From the human T2T-CHM13v2.0 reference genome, Homo sapiens, in assembly GCF_009914755.1 (NCBI RefSeq), contig NC_060936.1: a stretch of DNA of 64,000 bases, one strand, 5' to 3'. Every line of letters starts with the position of its first letter. The first letter of the stretch is position 1. Below the pieces are notes generated by a model that worked only from the letters and a program-made list of their open reading frames with translations, made no database searches and was not told where the DNA came from. The position numbers and the translations under genes were made by a program. Of this stretch, positions 24,321-36,210 are shown one piece after another.

Positions 24321-27300
24321 GCATGAGGTCCCTTCTCTGCCAACCTCTGCTGAAAGTACTAGGAAGTGAAAAGACCAAAAATAAGGTGGAGAACATCAAG
24401 AAAACAACTAAAGGTTCATAAACACACCTTGCTGGGTTCACAATCCCCCAAAATGTTCACAGCACAATGGATTCTGTGTAATGGCCGCAGGCACCATTAA
24501 CAGCCGCAGGTGAACCTCAAAAACCCACCTTCTCTGAGCTATGCCTGCTCTTTCATCCCGACTACATTCTGTTCTAGCTTTGGCCTCCTTCTGGAAGATA
24601 TCAATTCAACCACTAATCTACTCTCCCTGGAGACTTCCTCTTGTGGTTGCAAAGAGTAGATGCACTTTAATAAATGCGAACAATTCATTAGACCAGTAAC
24701 TCTTTTGATCTATATTTATTTACAATGAGAGACAATACTGGCATCCAATCATGTGCACAGGAGCAGCGACTGAAAATGTAGTTTACTGAAAGGAAGAAAT
24801 TTCTAGAATTCCTAAGGATGGGGTAGAATGGCACTGAGGAAAAAGAGGAGCTTCATTTTTCCAGCTCAGCTACTTTTGACTCCAACAAAATACACAAGAT
24901 GAGTGGTTTTGTCGGCCCCAGTCTTCAATATTAAAGACACAAGACTATCGTTTGGAACAACAGTTTTCCCATCTTTAGAATGGTGAGTTCAACCCTGGCT
25001 TTTTTCTCTTCCCTAGCTTCTACATGCTGATTTGGGATTATGATTTCTTCCCATACAATTTGTCCTTTCACCTGTCTCCTTTTATAGTCCATCAATATTA
25101 TTTATAGCCCATAAATATTAACAATTTTTTTACTTTAACCTGTTAGTAGTATATATGTCACCTTTGTTTTCAGATTCTTAAACAAGAATATAGAAAAAAA
25201 AAATCCTGCCCCCAGGGTTTATTGTATTCATGGAGGAACTGGAAGAATGTTTTACAAGGTAATATTGTGGCCAAGGGATGCATCAGCTCAGTCCTGTTTC
25301 TCCCAAACACCCCTCATTCCACCAGCCAATTTCAGTCCATTTGCCCACCTCCCAGGTGCCCCCTGCCTCTCCCCACACAAGACTGGGTGAATGTACATGA
25401 AGGTCAGGGAAGACAGTCAAGATTCCAAAGCTATCTTTCTGGAGGTAAACCAAGAACACAAAATCAAGGTTCCTGCTGTTCATCCCTTCTCCAGAGGAAG
25501 TCGCTCTTCTCAATCAGCCTTAAAGAAAAGCACTTGGTGTGCAAAGTATTGAATTGAGGATTTTTTCTCTTTCCCCTCCTTTCCTGTCATTTCACCTTCT
25601 TATTGATTCTCTCTGCCTGCGTCCATCCCTGGCAAAAATTGCATATATACATTAGCAAAGCATGGATCTTCAGACAGACAGGCTTCCTAGGGATGGAACC
25701 AACGGGAGAGGAAAAATTAGACAATCCAGTGGTACTCCCGGCTCCTCTCCTCACATGTAACACCTAACTCTAAACTGCCACATCACTCTGTGTTCACAGA
25801 TCCGCCATGCTCTGCCACACCTGAAACAGACATAGAAGATAACCATGTTGTTCTGCTTCTCTTGAAATCACCCACCTAATGTCCTTAACTGTGTCCTGGG
25901 AAGTCTTTATTTCCCATTATTATTACTTTTCTTAATTGCACATCATGGAGGTTCCTCGATTGAAATTAAATTTGCTCTTCCTCCCACCAGCCGCCACCTT
26001 TCTTTCCCATGTCACCCACATTGTAAGGGGGCTGGCAGAAGGAGAAAAGACAAAATAGAACCCAGTCAGCTCTGTGCTGTGAGGGGGAAAAAGGGGGCGA
26101 GAACAAAGGCCCTGAGATGGCTCAGAGCACCACTGAGTCACAGCCTCACAGAGACTGCCTGCGAGGATGGGGAACACCTGCTTCCTCATCAGGGTCTCCA
26201 AAATGGCTTTGCATGGTGAAAAGGCACAGACCACCTGTGGCGATTCCTCCTTGAATCTTAACAAGCCTCTTCCAGTTGGATTACCTCTCCTTTCCCTTTA
26301 TAGCTTCCCCACCCACTTTTTCCTCTCTTCCTCAACTCCCTCCCCTTTCAACCTCGCCTAGTCTTAGGGACAACTAATGATAGCCTGGAACCTGGCTTCA
26401 TCCATTGGCATTCAAGATAAATGAGGTAGCTGAGATCCTGTCAAACAGCATCCTTGTCAAACCCATCACCAACAAACGAACATTCCAAAGGACCTACTGG
26501 GTGTAGAGTACTGGTGTTGTGGCACTGGGGATGCAAAAGGGGCCCTGTGCCCCATCAATGCCCTCCTCTCCTTGTCCATCTGTATGTATGAAAGCATTGC
26601 ACATGGAGCTGCCTTTCTCACCCATACCTCTTTTCTATTTTGAAGTCAAATTAAGAGTTCATCCTCCTACTTGGAGTGGAAGCAGATGGAGAATGAGTTC
26701 AGGTGTCTCTAAGGTGAGCACACACCAGATAACCTCAGTCATTTGTAGACGTGGTGAGAACATGGTTCAAAGTGGGATCCCACCCTCTCACTCTGATTAC
26801 ACCATGGTTACAAAGTAGCATTTCAGCAGTAAAACTCAAAAGAATGAAACCTAGAGAAGGGGGATAGTGAATTTGGATTACATCTATCCTTTCTGGACAA
26901 TGAAGAACTATCATCTACTGTCATGTTGAGCGACAAAGATCTTTCACCTCTTCCCCACATCCCTTTGGTATTTTGGATTATCAAAGAATTGTTGTTTTAA
27001 AATGCCAGAAAAAAAATTTGTGTGTGTGTTGGGGTGGTGATAATACTTTTAGGAAAAATAATGATGCTAATGATTCTGCTACATGTTTTTGGAGATCTTT
27101 ATCCCAACCTGATCCCTGCATTTAGACGCCTTCAGAGTTCAGGGACATATGGTCAGTGGAGCAAGGAAAGGAGCAGCCCACTCACCATCATGGCCCTCCA
27201 ACCCATGAATGATCTGATTCTCTCAAGAGTTGTCTTGGATTGCATGAGTGACTAGCTGAAGAGTCATTAGCTAAGTCTTTTCCATTTCTCCTGCTATTTC

Positions 27301-28343
27301 TCTTCTCAAGTACATTAAAATACTGCCTAATCACATTTCACATATTGTAAAAATTGATGAAAGGGAAAATGTTAAAGTATTAATTCCATTTTTGAGGGTA
27401 CAAGACTAATACATGCAAACAGCACATCTCTTTGTTTAACACAAAGACTCACGTGTCGAATTCTGCACCCCTTCCACATGCACAGCATTTTAGAACTCTG
27501 CAAGATAGCCATTTTGCAAGAGTGTAGAAGTAACAGTTTGCTTGGAGGATGTGTGGGTATAAATAGATATGTAGACAGAAGGAGAAATTTACAGCTCAAA
27601 AATAATAGCACAGGAAAAAATACAAATTAAAAGCAGAATATTGACAGAATTCCTCCTTTCCGAGCTTAAGATTTAAGTCGTTTAACCTGCAGCATCCTTC
27701 AATTCCAGGTGTTCTGAGACCAGCCCGATCCCCACCTAGACCTACCCCTCTGCAATAGGCCTCCCGGGATCTCTGGGCCCCTTGTCAACCCTTTAGACAG
27801 CAAGTGGATTTCAGGGCAACAATCACAGTAATCTCAATCATTATTTTTATCTGTTTTAAAGGGCATAGAAAGGATGCCTAGAAAGGTAAAGACAGGAGAC
27901 AGGGAGAGAGGCATGAAGGTGACAAGGGGAATAAAGCCAACCTGAAAAAAAAAAAAAAAAAGGATTTCTAGATTCCCATAAAAATCGGAGCTTTAGTTCT
28001 GGGTGAATAAAATGCTATTTAACTGGAAAATCACACAGGTCTCCTGGCTGGCTATGTCTATAGATATAGATACATTCCCCTGATGCCATCCAACATCTTT
28101 TGTGCCTGCATACATCCACCCCCACTGCCCCCCAAAAGCCCAAAACCTGTTAGATGAGAGAAGAAAAAGAAAAAACATGGGAGATTTCCTTCTTTGTAAT
28201 AAGCCTTTTTTCCCAAAACAGCATTATTTTCATATCTTGTGACCTTTTCTTCCAAAAAGATCCACTTGAGGGACTCGAAGAGATAGATAAAAGGAGGAAT
28301 CCCTACCCCAGGTGAGGAAAAAATAAAATAGAATTTGCCCTAC

Positions 28344-28772
28344 CTTGGTTTGTAGAAGCCAAACCTCTAGACGGACAGATTAAGGGAGTGAGCATGTTGG
28401 GAATGTCCAGTCCCTTCTTCTCGCTTGCATATCCACATAAGAAAGACGAAGGATAAATGAACGGAAGATAATTTAAAATCCAATTTAGCGTAAATTTTGT
28501 TTTAATCTTGTGTCTTGAAGAGATGCAAATTCAAAAAAAAAAAGATTTAATTCAAAGGTAATTCAGGGTATGGAGAGCAGCTCACAATGCAGAATCCAGA
28601 GTAATTATTCCGTGTGCATGTGAGGTTAGTGGCTGGAATAGATTTTTAACGCTTCTTCTGGCAATTACGGTTTTTGGTTTTTGGAGCGTTAGTGGAGGAG
28701 GCTCTGTGTGGAGAAGCTGGGGGCCGGCTCCGTCCCTCGGTGGAGCATGGTCATTCCCAAAGCGTCCCCTTC
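28344..28772 (-). other. GRIN2B: GRIN2B non-coding 5'UTR exon (429 nt), last leader exon before the long intron
   Basis: Acceptor CTCTTTTTCCCCCTTAG|G at 28772 and donor AAG|GTAGGG at 28344; sequence recalled as GRIN2B mRNA leader. Confidence 0.85.
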
Positions 28773-28923
28773 CTAAGGGGGAAAAAGAGGCGGTCAGGGC
28801 TTGATTCGCGTGTCCCCCGGAGGGTGAGAAAAATGCATTCCGAAAAAGATATCAATTCGTTTTAAGGAAAGGGGGGAGGAAACCCCGCATTTCCCACAGA
28901 GTGCACACGAGAGGAATTGAAAA

Positions 28924-28947
28924 CAGCTGGTACCGGTCTATAAATAA
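28924..28947 (+). promoter_or_regulatory. E-box (CAGCTG) + MEF2 consensus/TATA-like element (CTATAAATAA)
   Basis: CAGCTG at 28924-28929; CTATAAATAA at 28938-28947 fits YTAWWWWTAR exactly. Confidence 0.45.
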
Positions 28948-29331
28948 TTCAGAAAAGGTCTGGCTATACCATTCCTGGGACAGGCACGGATGAGAGGTGG
29001 GAAAGCCAACCTGAATGGAAGAGGAGAGAGGGAGGGAGCGAGCGAAGGAGGGAAGTGGGAAGGAAGGAGGAAGGGGGGGAGAAGCGGCACCATACAGCAA
29101 CACACACTCACACACACGCAGAAACACAATTCCCACTTAACTCGCCAGCGAGTGCGGCCCCCAGCCCCATCTGCATTGCTGCTGACTTGTCTCGCTCGCT
29201 CTCCCCATCGCCTCCAGCAGCAGCGCCGCCTCCCACCCCGGGCTTGTGCTGAATGGGTTCTGATTGTGCACGGGGTGCACACTGGGCATTTCTTGGAAGG
29301 GGCACACTGACGCGCGCACACACGCCCCCGA

Positions 29332-29343
29332 CGCGCACGCGCC
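29332..29343. promoter_or_regulatory. NRF1-like site
   Basis: CGCGCACGCGCC versus consensus YGCGCAYGCGCR, within the CpG island. Confidence 0.45.
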
Positions 29344-29755
29344 CCGCGCGCACTCACACTCACCCCCGCGCACACTCACCCCCGCGCACACTCACGCTGC
29401 CGCCGCGCTGAGGTGCAGCGCACGGGGCTTCACCTGCAACGTGTCGATTGGACGGATGGGCTCGGCGCGTGGGTCCGGCCCGGGGCGCCGCTGCCCTGCC
29501 CCTCTGCTAGGTGAAGGGATGAAACCCCCCAAAAGACCAGAGACAGCCCTACCCAGTCACAGCACCCCCTCCCCCACAAAAAAAAAACCTTTAAAAAAGC
29601 CACGTCCAAATTAGCAAGTGCCGGGTTCTGCTGGATTTCAGAGCTTTACCTCATGCCAGATTCGTTCACGATTTCACGGCTTCGACCCTTTATCTGCCTG
29701 ACACCCCCAAACCCCTACATTCAAAGGAGAGACTCCAAAGCCCATCTTTACGTAC

Positions 29756-30017
29756 CGGCTCCGAGCGCCTCCGCGGTTGCAGTCTGCGGAGAGGGGTGGC
29801 CGGTGGCTGGGAATGGAGGGTTTTCCTTTCCTGCAAAGCAGGATTAATGATCCGTCTCGGGGGTTTTGAAGTTCATGACTCTTCTTTGCAAGGCAAAAGG
29901 ATATGCATTCGGACGCCAGCACTACTGGATGGTGGTGATCAAGAATCACCCTTGACGAGCACTCTCGATAGAGCGAAGCCCCGAGATTTCCTAGAGGTGA
30001 AGAAGCCGGAGGAAGTG
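29756..30017 (-). other. GRIN2B: GRIN2B non-coding first/leader exon (TSS approximate); internal acceptor at 29990
   Basis: Donor CCG|GTACGT at 29756; Inr-like CCACTTCC near 30018-30011; pyrimidine tract + TAG|G acceptor at 29990. Confidence 0.65.
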
Positions 30018-30113
30018 GTTTTTGAAAGGGGGTGGGGGGAACCTTCCTTTCTCAAAAAGAGGTGGGGGGTGGAGAGGCAGGAGCCCAGATTCCAGTTGGT
30101 GAGGATCGGAGCC

Positions 30114-30136
30114 GGGGGAAGGGAAGCGGGCGGGGG
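30114..30136 (+). other. Potential G-quadruplex / Sp-KLF GC box
   Basis: GGGGGAAGGGAAGCGGGCGGGGG: four G-runs of at least 3 with short loops; contains GGGCGG. Confidence 0.55.
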
Positions 30137-30296
30137 CAGGCTGTGCAAGTCAACCGCGCGGCAGCCGGAGAGGGAGAGCAGGAGGGGAGGAGGGGAGCGT
30201 CAGAAAAATGGGTATTAATCACCGGGGACGGGGGGAGGCGCGGGGAACGCAGGTTGCCTGGTCTGGATTTGGGTCTCACACTCAAAAACGTGCCGC

Positions 30297-30324
30297 GCAC
30301 ACACACACAGACACACACACACAC
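30297..30324. repeat. Imperfect (CA)n microsatellite in promoter
   Basis: gcacacacacacagacacacacacacac. Confidence 0.85.
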
Positions 30325-30329
30325 CCTAC

Positions 30330-30420
30330 CTCGCACACCCTGACTCCGGGGGGAGGAGAAACCCACGAAGCTGGGGAAGATACTGCTTCTGCTCCCAGGG
30401 GCGGGTGTGAGCGCGCGTGT
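30330..30420 (-). other. GRIN2B: Candidate further-upstream alternative first exon (5' end unknown)
   Basis: Donor GAG|GTAGGG at 30330 inside the CpG island; a matching downstream acceptor exists at 29990. Confidence 0.4.
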
Positions 30421-30434
30421 CCTCTTTCTCCACA

Positions 30435-30456
30435 CCCCCCACCCCACCCCACCCCC
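30435..30456 (-). other. Potential G-quadruplex (GGGGT)n / i-motif on + strand
   Basis: + strand CCCCCCACCCCACCCCACCCCC. Confidence 0.5.
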
Positions 30457-30509
30457 AAGCCCCTGCACCCCCTCACTCCTCTTGCTAAGACTCTGGCGGA
30501 GGCAGCTTC

Positions 30510-30517
30510 CCACGTCA
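30510..30517 (-). promoter_or_regulatory. CRE/ATF-like site TGACGTGG
   Basis: + strand CCACGTCA, ~500 bp upstream of the putative TSS. Confidence 0.45.
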
Positions 30518-31779
30518 TGTGCTGGGGAAGTGGGGTGGTAAGGGGGATGGAAGGGGGACGGAAGGGGGAAGAAGCTTAGCCCGAGTCCGTGGCGCCTCCT
30601 CCCGGCCGCAGCGGGGAACAGCACCGACGGAGAGCGGCTGAGGGGCGAGGGGAGCTAGACAGTGCCCCCCGTGGGCGGCCCGCGGGCTGCGGAAAGCATC
30701 TCCAAGGCGGAGCTGTAGTTCGAAATTGAAGACCCTTGCTGTATTTTCCATAAATCAGCCTGTGCTTCCTACGAGCATTCTGTGTGTCGGACGCAGTCTG
30801 GGACCGGGTTCTTTCTTGCCTTCAAGGAGCTTAAGATCTATCTGAGCACACGAGGCTGACGCCTAACACAATAGAAAACAAAGCAAAGCAGGTGTCATTC
30901 GTGGCTAAATTGTATAGTATGGACCATACGCGTGCTTTTCTGGCTGCTAGTGAAGGCGGGAGGAGTTTGACATTTTTTATTAAAGTGGATCCTGTTATTT
31001 AAATGCCTTGAGAAGAGAAGATGGTGAGGCCCGTGAATAATCCCTAAAGGAAACTGGATTTCCTGGCATTTACAAACCCACCCTCTTTGAAAAGGCAAAC
31101 ATCCATTCATTTCTCTTCCTATTGAACTCTTTTATATTTTAATAGCCCTTATCACCACCTGTAGTATTGTTTACTTTTAACATTAATATTATTGTATATG
31201 CATCATTTTCATTCTCATCCATTGTCTTTTCAAATATCTAGAATACTACAGTGGTGGAACATTTTCATATTGGTTATATCATGGGCTTCTCACCAGCATT
31301 CCTGAGAAGCGGCCATACAAACGCACAGGAGAGAAGGCTGTGTGAGTGGATATACCTAGTGGCTTGGAACTTTAGTCTGTAGAAGCCATCAGATATGTTT
31401 TTGCTGTCCTGTAGACCAGACTACTCATACTTCTGAGCTACAGTAATTCTTCTGTTTCCTGGTTTTTCTCAGGCTTAATTTTTGAATCTAACATATTTAA
31501 CACACACGAACACATAAGCATTGTGTGAAAACACAAATAGAGTGTGTTCACATGCAAATTATTCCTTCTCAGTAATGGTTTTCTATTTTTCTAAGAGTTA
31601 GAACTGATCTTTCACTACTTCGGGGAAGTGTCGAAGCACCCCAGAGTTGCTGTGCCCTCTTGATACACAACAGCCAACCCAAGCCCCTCTAATAATTTGT
31701 CTCCAGGGTTTTCAAGTTCACCTGCCTATGGGCAGGTTTGCAGTTGTTAGAACGCCGATTCCAAGAGGAGTATAGAATG

Positions 31780-32660
31780 CAGAAAGCAAGAACCTAATAG
31801 AGATTTCCTGAAACACTCTTCCCTGAATTTTCCAGGAAAATTACCGTTACCTGGTCCATTAGCTTCAGAATAACATCCAAGCTCACTCAAGGATCTTCAT
31901 GGGTTGACCTTGAATCTACTTTTTAAATTTTTATATTTTTTATTTCTGGCTCATAGCCCACGTTCCCCTTCCTATCCTCAGTCCCTTCACCAAAATTATA
32001 CTATTCTTCTCTATTTTCTTTCCTTTTCCTCCCTACCTGAACCCTGTTGCAATTCCATTCCACCCTGTTCACTTTTCCAAGTGTACAGGGAAGAATGAAC
32101 GCTCATACTTCCTCCACCTAATTGAGTCCACACTCCTCTTCAGTTTCCAGCTCAAGTCCCACCTCCTCTGGGGATATTTTTCAGTCAACCAAGCCTGAAT
32201 TGATTTCTGTAAAAATTGCAAGAATTTTGAAATGAGAGATGACACCTCACCACCATCCCCTCCACTCTCATTTTCTGTATTCAGCAATGTATGGAAGAGT
32301 TTGCTTGATCAGTTATCAAACTGACTGGGTGATAACTTATTGCATTCATTAACCAGGTACTGGCCCACTATAGGGAAAAATATTACCTCTGTAGCTATTC
32401 ATGTTGAACCATGTGAGACTATTGATATTCAATCATATGAAATTGCCAATCATATGAAATAACCATTATTGACATATAATAAAAAGGCAATTTCATAAAG
32501 TTAAACTTAAAATTATATTCTGGTGTCAATTTCCTGTCTTCCAAACTAGTTGTTTAGCTCCCTAAGGGGACAGACCATAACCTAAGTCATCCATATATTC
32601 CCAGTACCTGGCTCAATTCCAGACATGCAGTAGAGGTTCAATAGATATTTTTTATGACTA
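31780..32660 (+). mobile_element. L2 fragments
   Basis: ccagctcaagtcccacctcctctggga; cccagtacctggctcaattccagacatgcagtagaggttcaatagatat. Confidence 0.55.
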
Positions 32661-32888
32661 TTTGAAGCCACTTTATCAAGCAGTTTTTCTGGTTCTGAAA
32701 TAGCTAATTCTAGGGACCACACAGATTGTGAAGTGGAAAGTAATATCCCTTGCCCATGGCATTCATTGCCCATTGACTACTCAATGGAACTAAGATTCGT
32801 CTCCTTTTTTTCTGGCTCCTTGTCACTCACTTGCTCTTCTCACTAATAACCTTTGCCTTCATGGACCATAAGCCTCTCAATAAAACTA

Positions 32889-33218
<330 letters not shown>

Positions 33219-34280
33219 TCATGAAATTCGAAACACCATTTCTTAGTGTCATAAATATATATTTCCTAACTCCTAGTCCAGCAACACAGAAAACAATATT
33301 CTAATGAGACAAAATGTTGCATCATATTTCACAGCATTGCTTATTGAGGAGAAGCTCTTGCTTGAGGCTGCTAATGACACTTTTGGAGGTATTCTGCCAA
33401 CTCAACCCAAAGAGAGGTTCCCAGAAGATGCAAACACTCTTTTTCATGGCCCAATCAGCAAACGCAAAGCCTATGCCTTGCCTGGCCAACAACAACAAAA
33501 AAAGTATGTTTATCTGGCAACATCTTTCAGATCAAACACGGTACCAAAGGCTGGAGCCTGAAGTTTATACAATTTGGAGTCCCTCTTTAAGAGAAAGAAT
33601 AAAAAATTAATTGCAAAAGTGAATATCCACTTAGAAAATAAATCACAACAATTTAAAAATTCTTTAGTAGTTATAAACACCACAAAAATTAAAAATTTAA
33701 ATAATAATCTCTAGTTAACTGCATATTTCTGTAATATTTGTTTTTGTATTTTTTTTACCACATTCTCTTTGAGTACCTCTTCACATTGTGGTTTAAACTA
33801 TAATTTTCTATGAAGATACTAGAATCAAAAAAAATAATCTGGGATCCAGTTTATTCTTCAAAATAACTGAAAATTGTTTTTCATTATAGATAATTTAGAA
33901 AATTTTCCTATTTATTGGTATTAGTACAGTTTACACTTTTAAGGGTTGTTGTCAAATTTAGAAAGACATTTATCAAATTTCTTTGATATATAAGCTCTCA
34001 GGTTACAAGGATTTCAAGTTTTCTTGTTCAGTGACTAATCTTAAATATCTCTTGAATTGATAAAATTCATTAACTAGTTTGTAATTTATTATAAGTTTTA
34101 TACTGTCTTCATCAATGACAGCATTTTGTCTCAAATGAGCCAAAAATATAAATATTTCCCCAATATGTTCATATGATTCACTTCTCTTCATTAATTTGAT
34201 TGTCAAACATTCCCAGGGGTCTATTCATTACCGCTATTTAGAATTTCTGTTTTCATCTTAAATAATTAGTTTAGGTATGA

Positions 34281-34435
34281 CTTGGGAAATGCAACATTAT
34301 GTGGTCTTGGGAAATGCAACATTTGGGCAGGAAAACAAAAATGCCTGTCCTCACCTAGGTCCCTGGGCACAGGCATGGGGTTGGAACCCTCGCCAGGGAC
34401 CACACCCTTCCCTTCCCAGCACTTCCCTGCCCCGC
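34281..34435. mobile_element. MER52-like ERV1 LTR fragment inside the hAT fossil
   Basis: ggtcttgggaaatgcaacatttgggcaggaaaacaaaaatgcctgtcctcacctagg...ccagcacttccctgcccc. Confidence 0.6.
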
Positions 34436-34916
34436 TTTGGAGGCTTGAGCAGCTTCCAAAGGGTAAACATTACACTTAGATTCTTTAAAGAAAATTCTTA
34501 CTTGTCATATATGTTTAAAACACTCCATTTGAGAGACAAATCTGAAGGAGAAAAAAAATGTTACAAAATACCAAAGTGGTCAGAAACTTTGAGGTAAGGG
34601 AGAGGCAGCTTTTTCTTGAACTAGAATACCGGGACGACACATATCCTGTGATGACACATATCCTGTGACACCTTTGTGTCACACCTGGAAACCTTTTCTT
34701 CATTTGGAACAGTGAGCAATAACTTAACTCTATGGAGAACTGATTGCAAGGTGTAGAGATATATCTCACTAAGCCTAAATGAACGTGTTTCCAATTCAGC
34801 ATTCCCTTAGCTTCATCCCAAAAATGGTCACCACCACTCCAATGACACCCAGTGTGAGGGGAAATCTGACAGGGAAAGTTGGAATGGAAAGAGCAATTTT
34901 AAATGATTGCAATTAA

Positions 34917-35248
<332 letters not shown>

Positions 35249-35811
35249 TTAGAAAGGGCCCAAGTGAGAGTCTATGAATTCGAAGCTGTATTAGTTTCAA
35301 AGTCAGTCTGCCTCTCAGTTCATTACCTAATGTAAAACAGGCTTGCTGGTTTCTAGATAAAATATTTGAATGATTTTTATCTTTGAAAAGGTAATCATTA
35401 AAGGCTCAGTTGACAACACGCATATTAATGTTTTCTGCTTAATCCAATCCATCTTCTTTTGCTTGCAATTCCTGGAGTGTACAGGAAACACAGGCAGAGC
35501 ATTCAATTTTAATAATTTGCACAAGCATACTAAGATCCTGCCTCTACCATCATTACTCTTTTAAAAGAATCTCTATTTTGTTCTTATCATAATAATATTA
35601 ATTATTCAACTCAGACAGTCTTTTTCAAAGGAAGAGTTAAACAACCCTCATCCCCTTGTCTGAAGACCTGCTTATCCTCCAACAATGAAAAAATTATTCA
35701 TTATGCAGGGCATTTTATTGAGCCTGTTGTATACACTGTAACAATACACTTTTAGACATTTACATTGTGTTCTCATGGAAACATTTCTTCAATACTCATC
35801 TAAATCTGCCC

Positions 35812-36210
<399 letters not shown>

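Larger units (their letters stand above)
28700..30800. promoter_or_regulatory. CpG island / GRIN2B promoter region
   Basis: Very high GC and CpG density (CGCG runs, GGGCGG boxes) against a CpG-depleted background; no interspersed repeats. Confidence 0.9.

Noticed and set aside
30660-30678. CTCF-like CAGTGCCCCCCGTGGG
   Set aside because: Three mismatches in the core; likely a chance match in GC-rich DNA
28852-30751. Many long ORFs (up to 190 aa) in the CpG island
   Set aside because: Expected from stop-codon depletion in GC-rich DNA; low-complexity R/G/P/C translations unrelated to GluN2B
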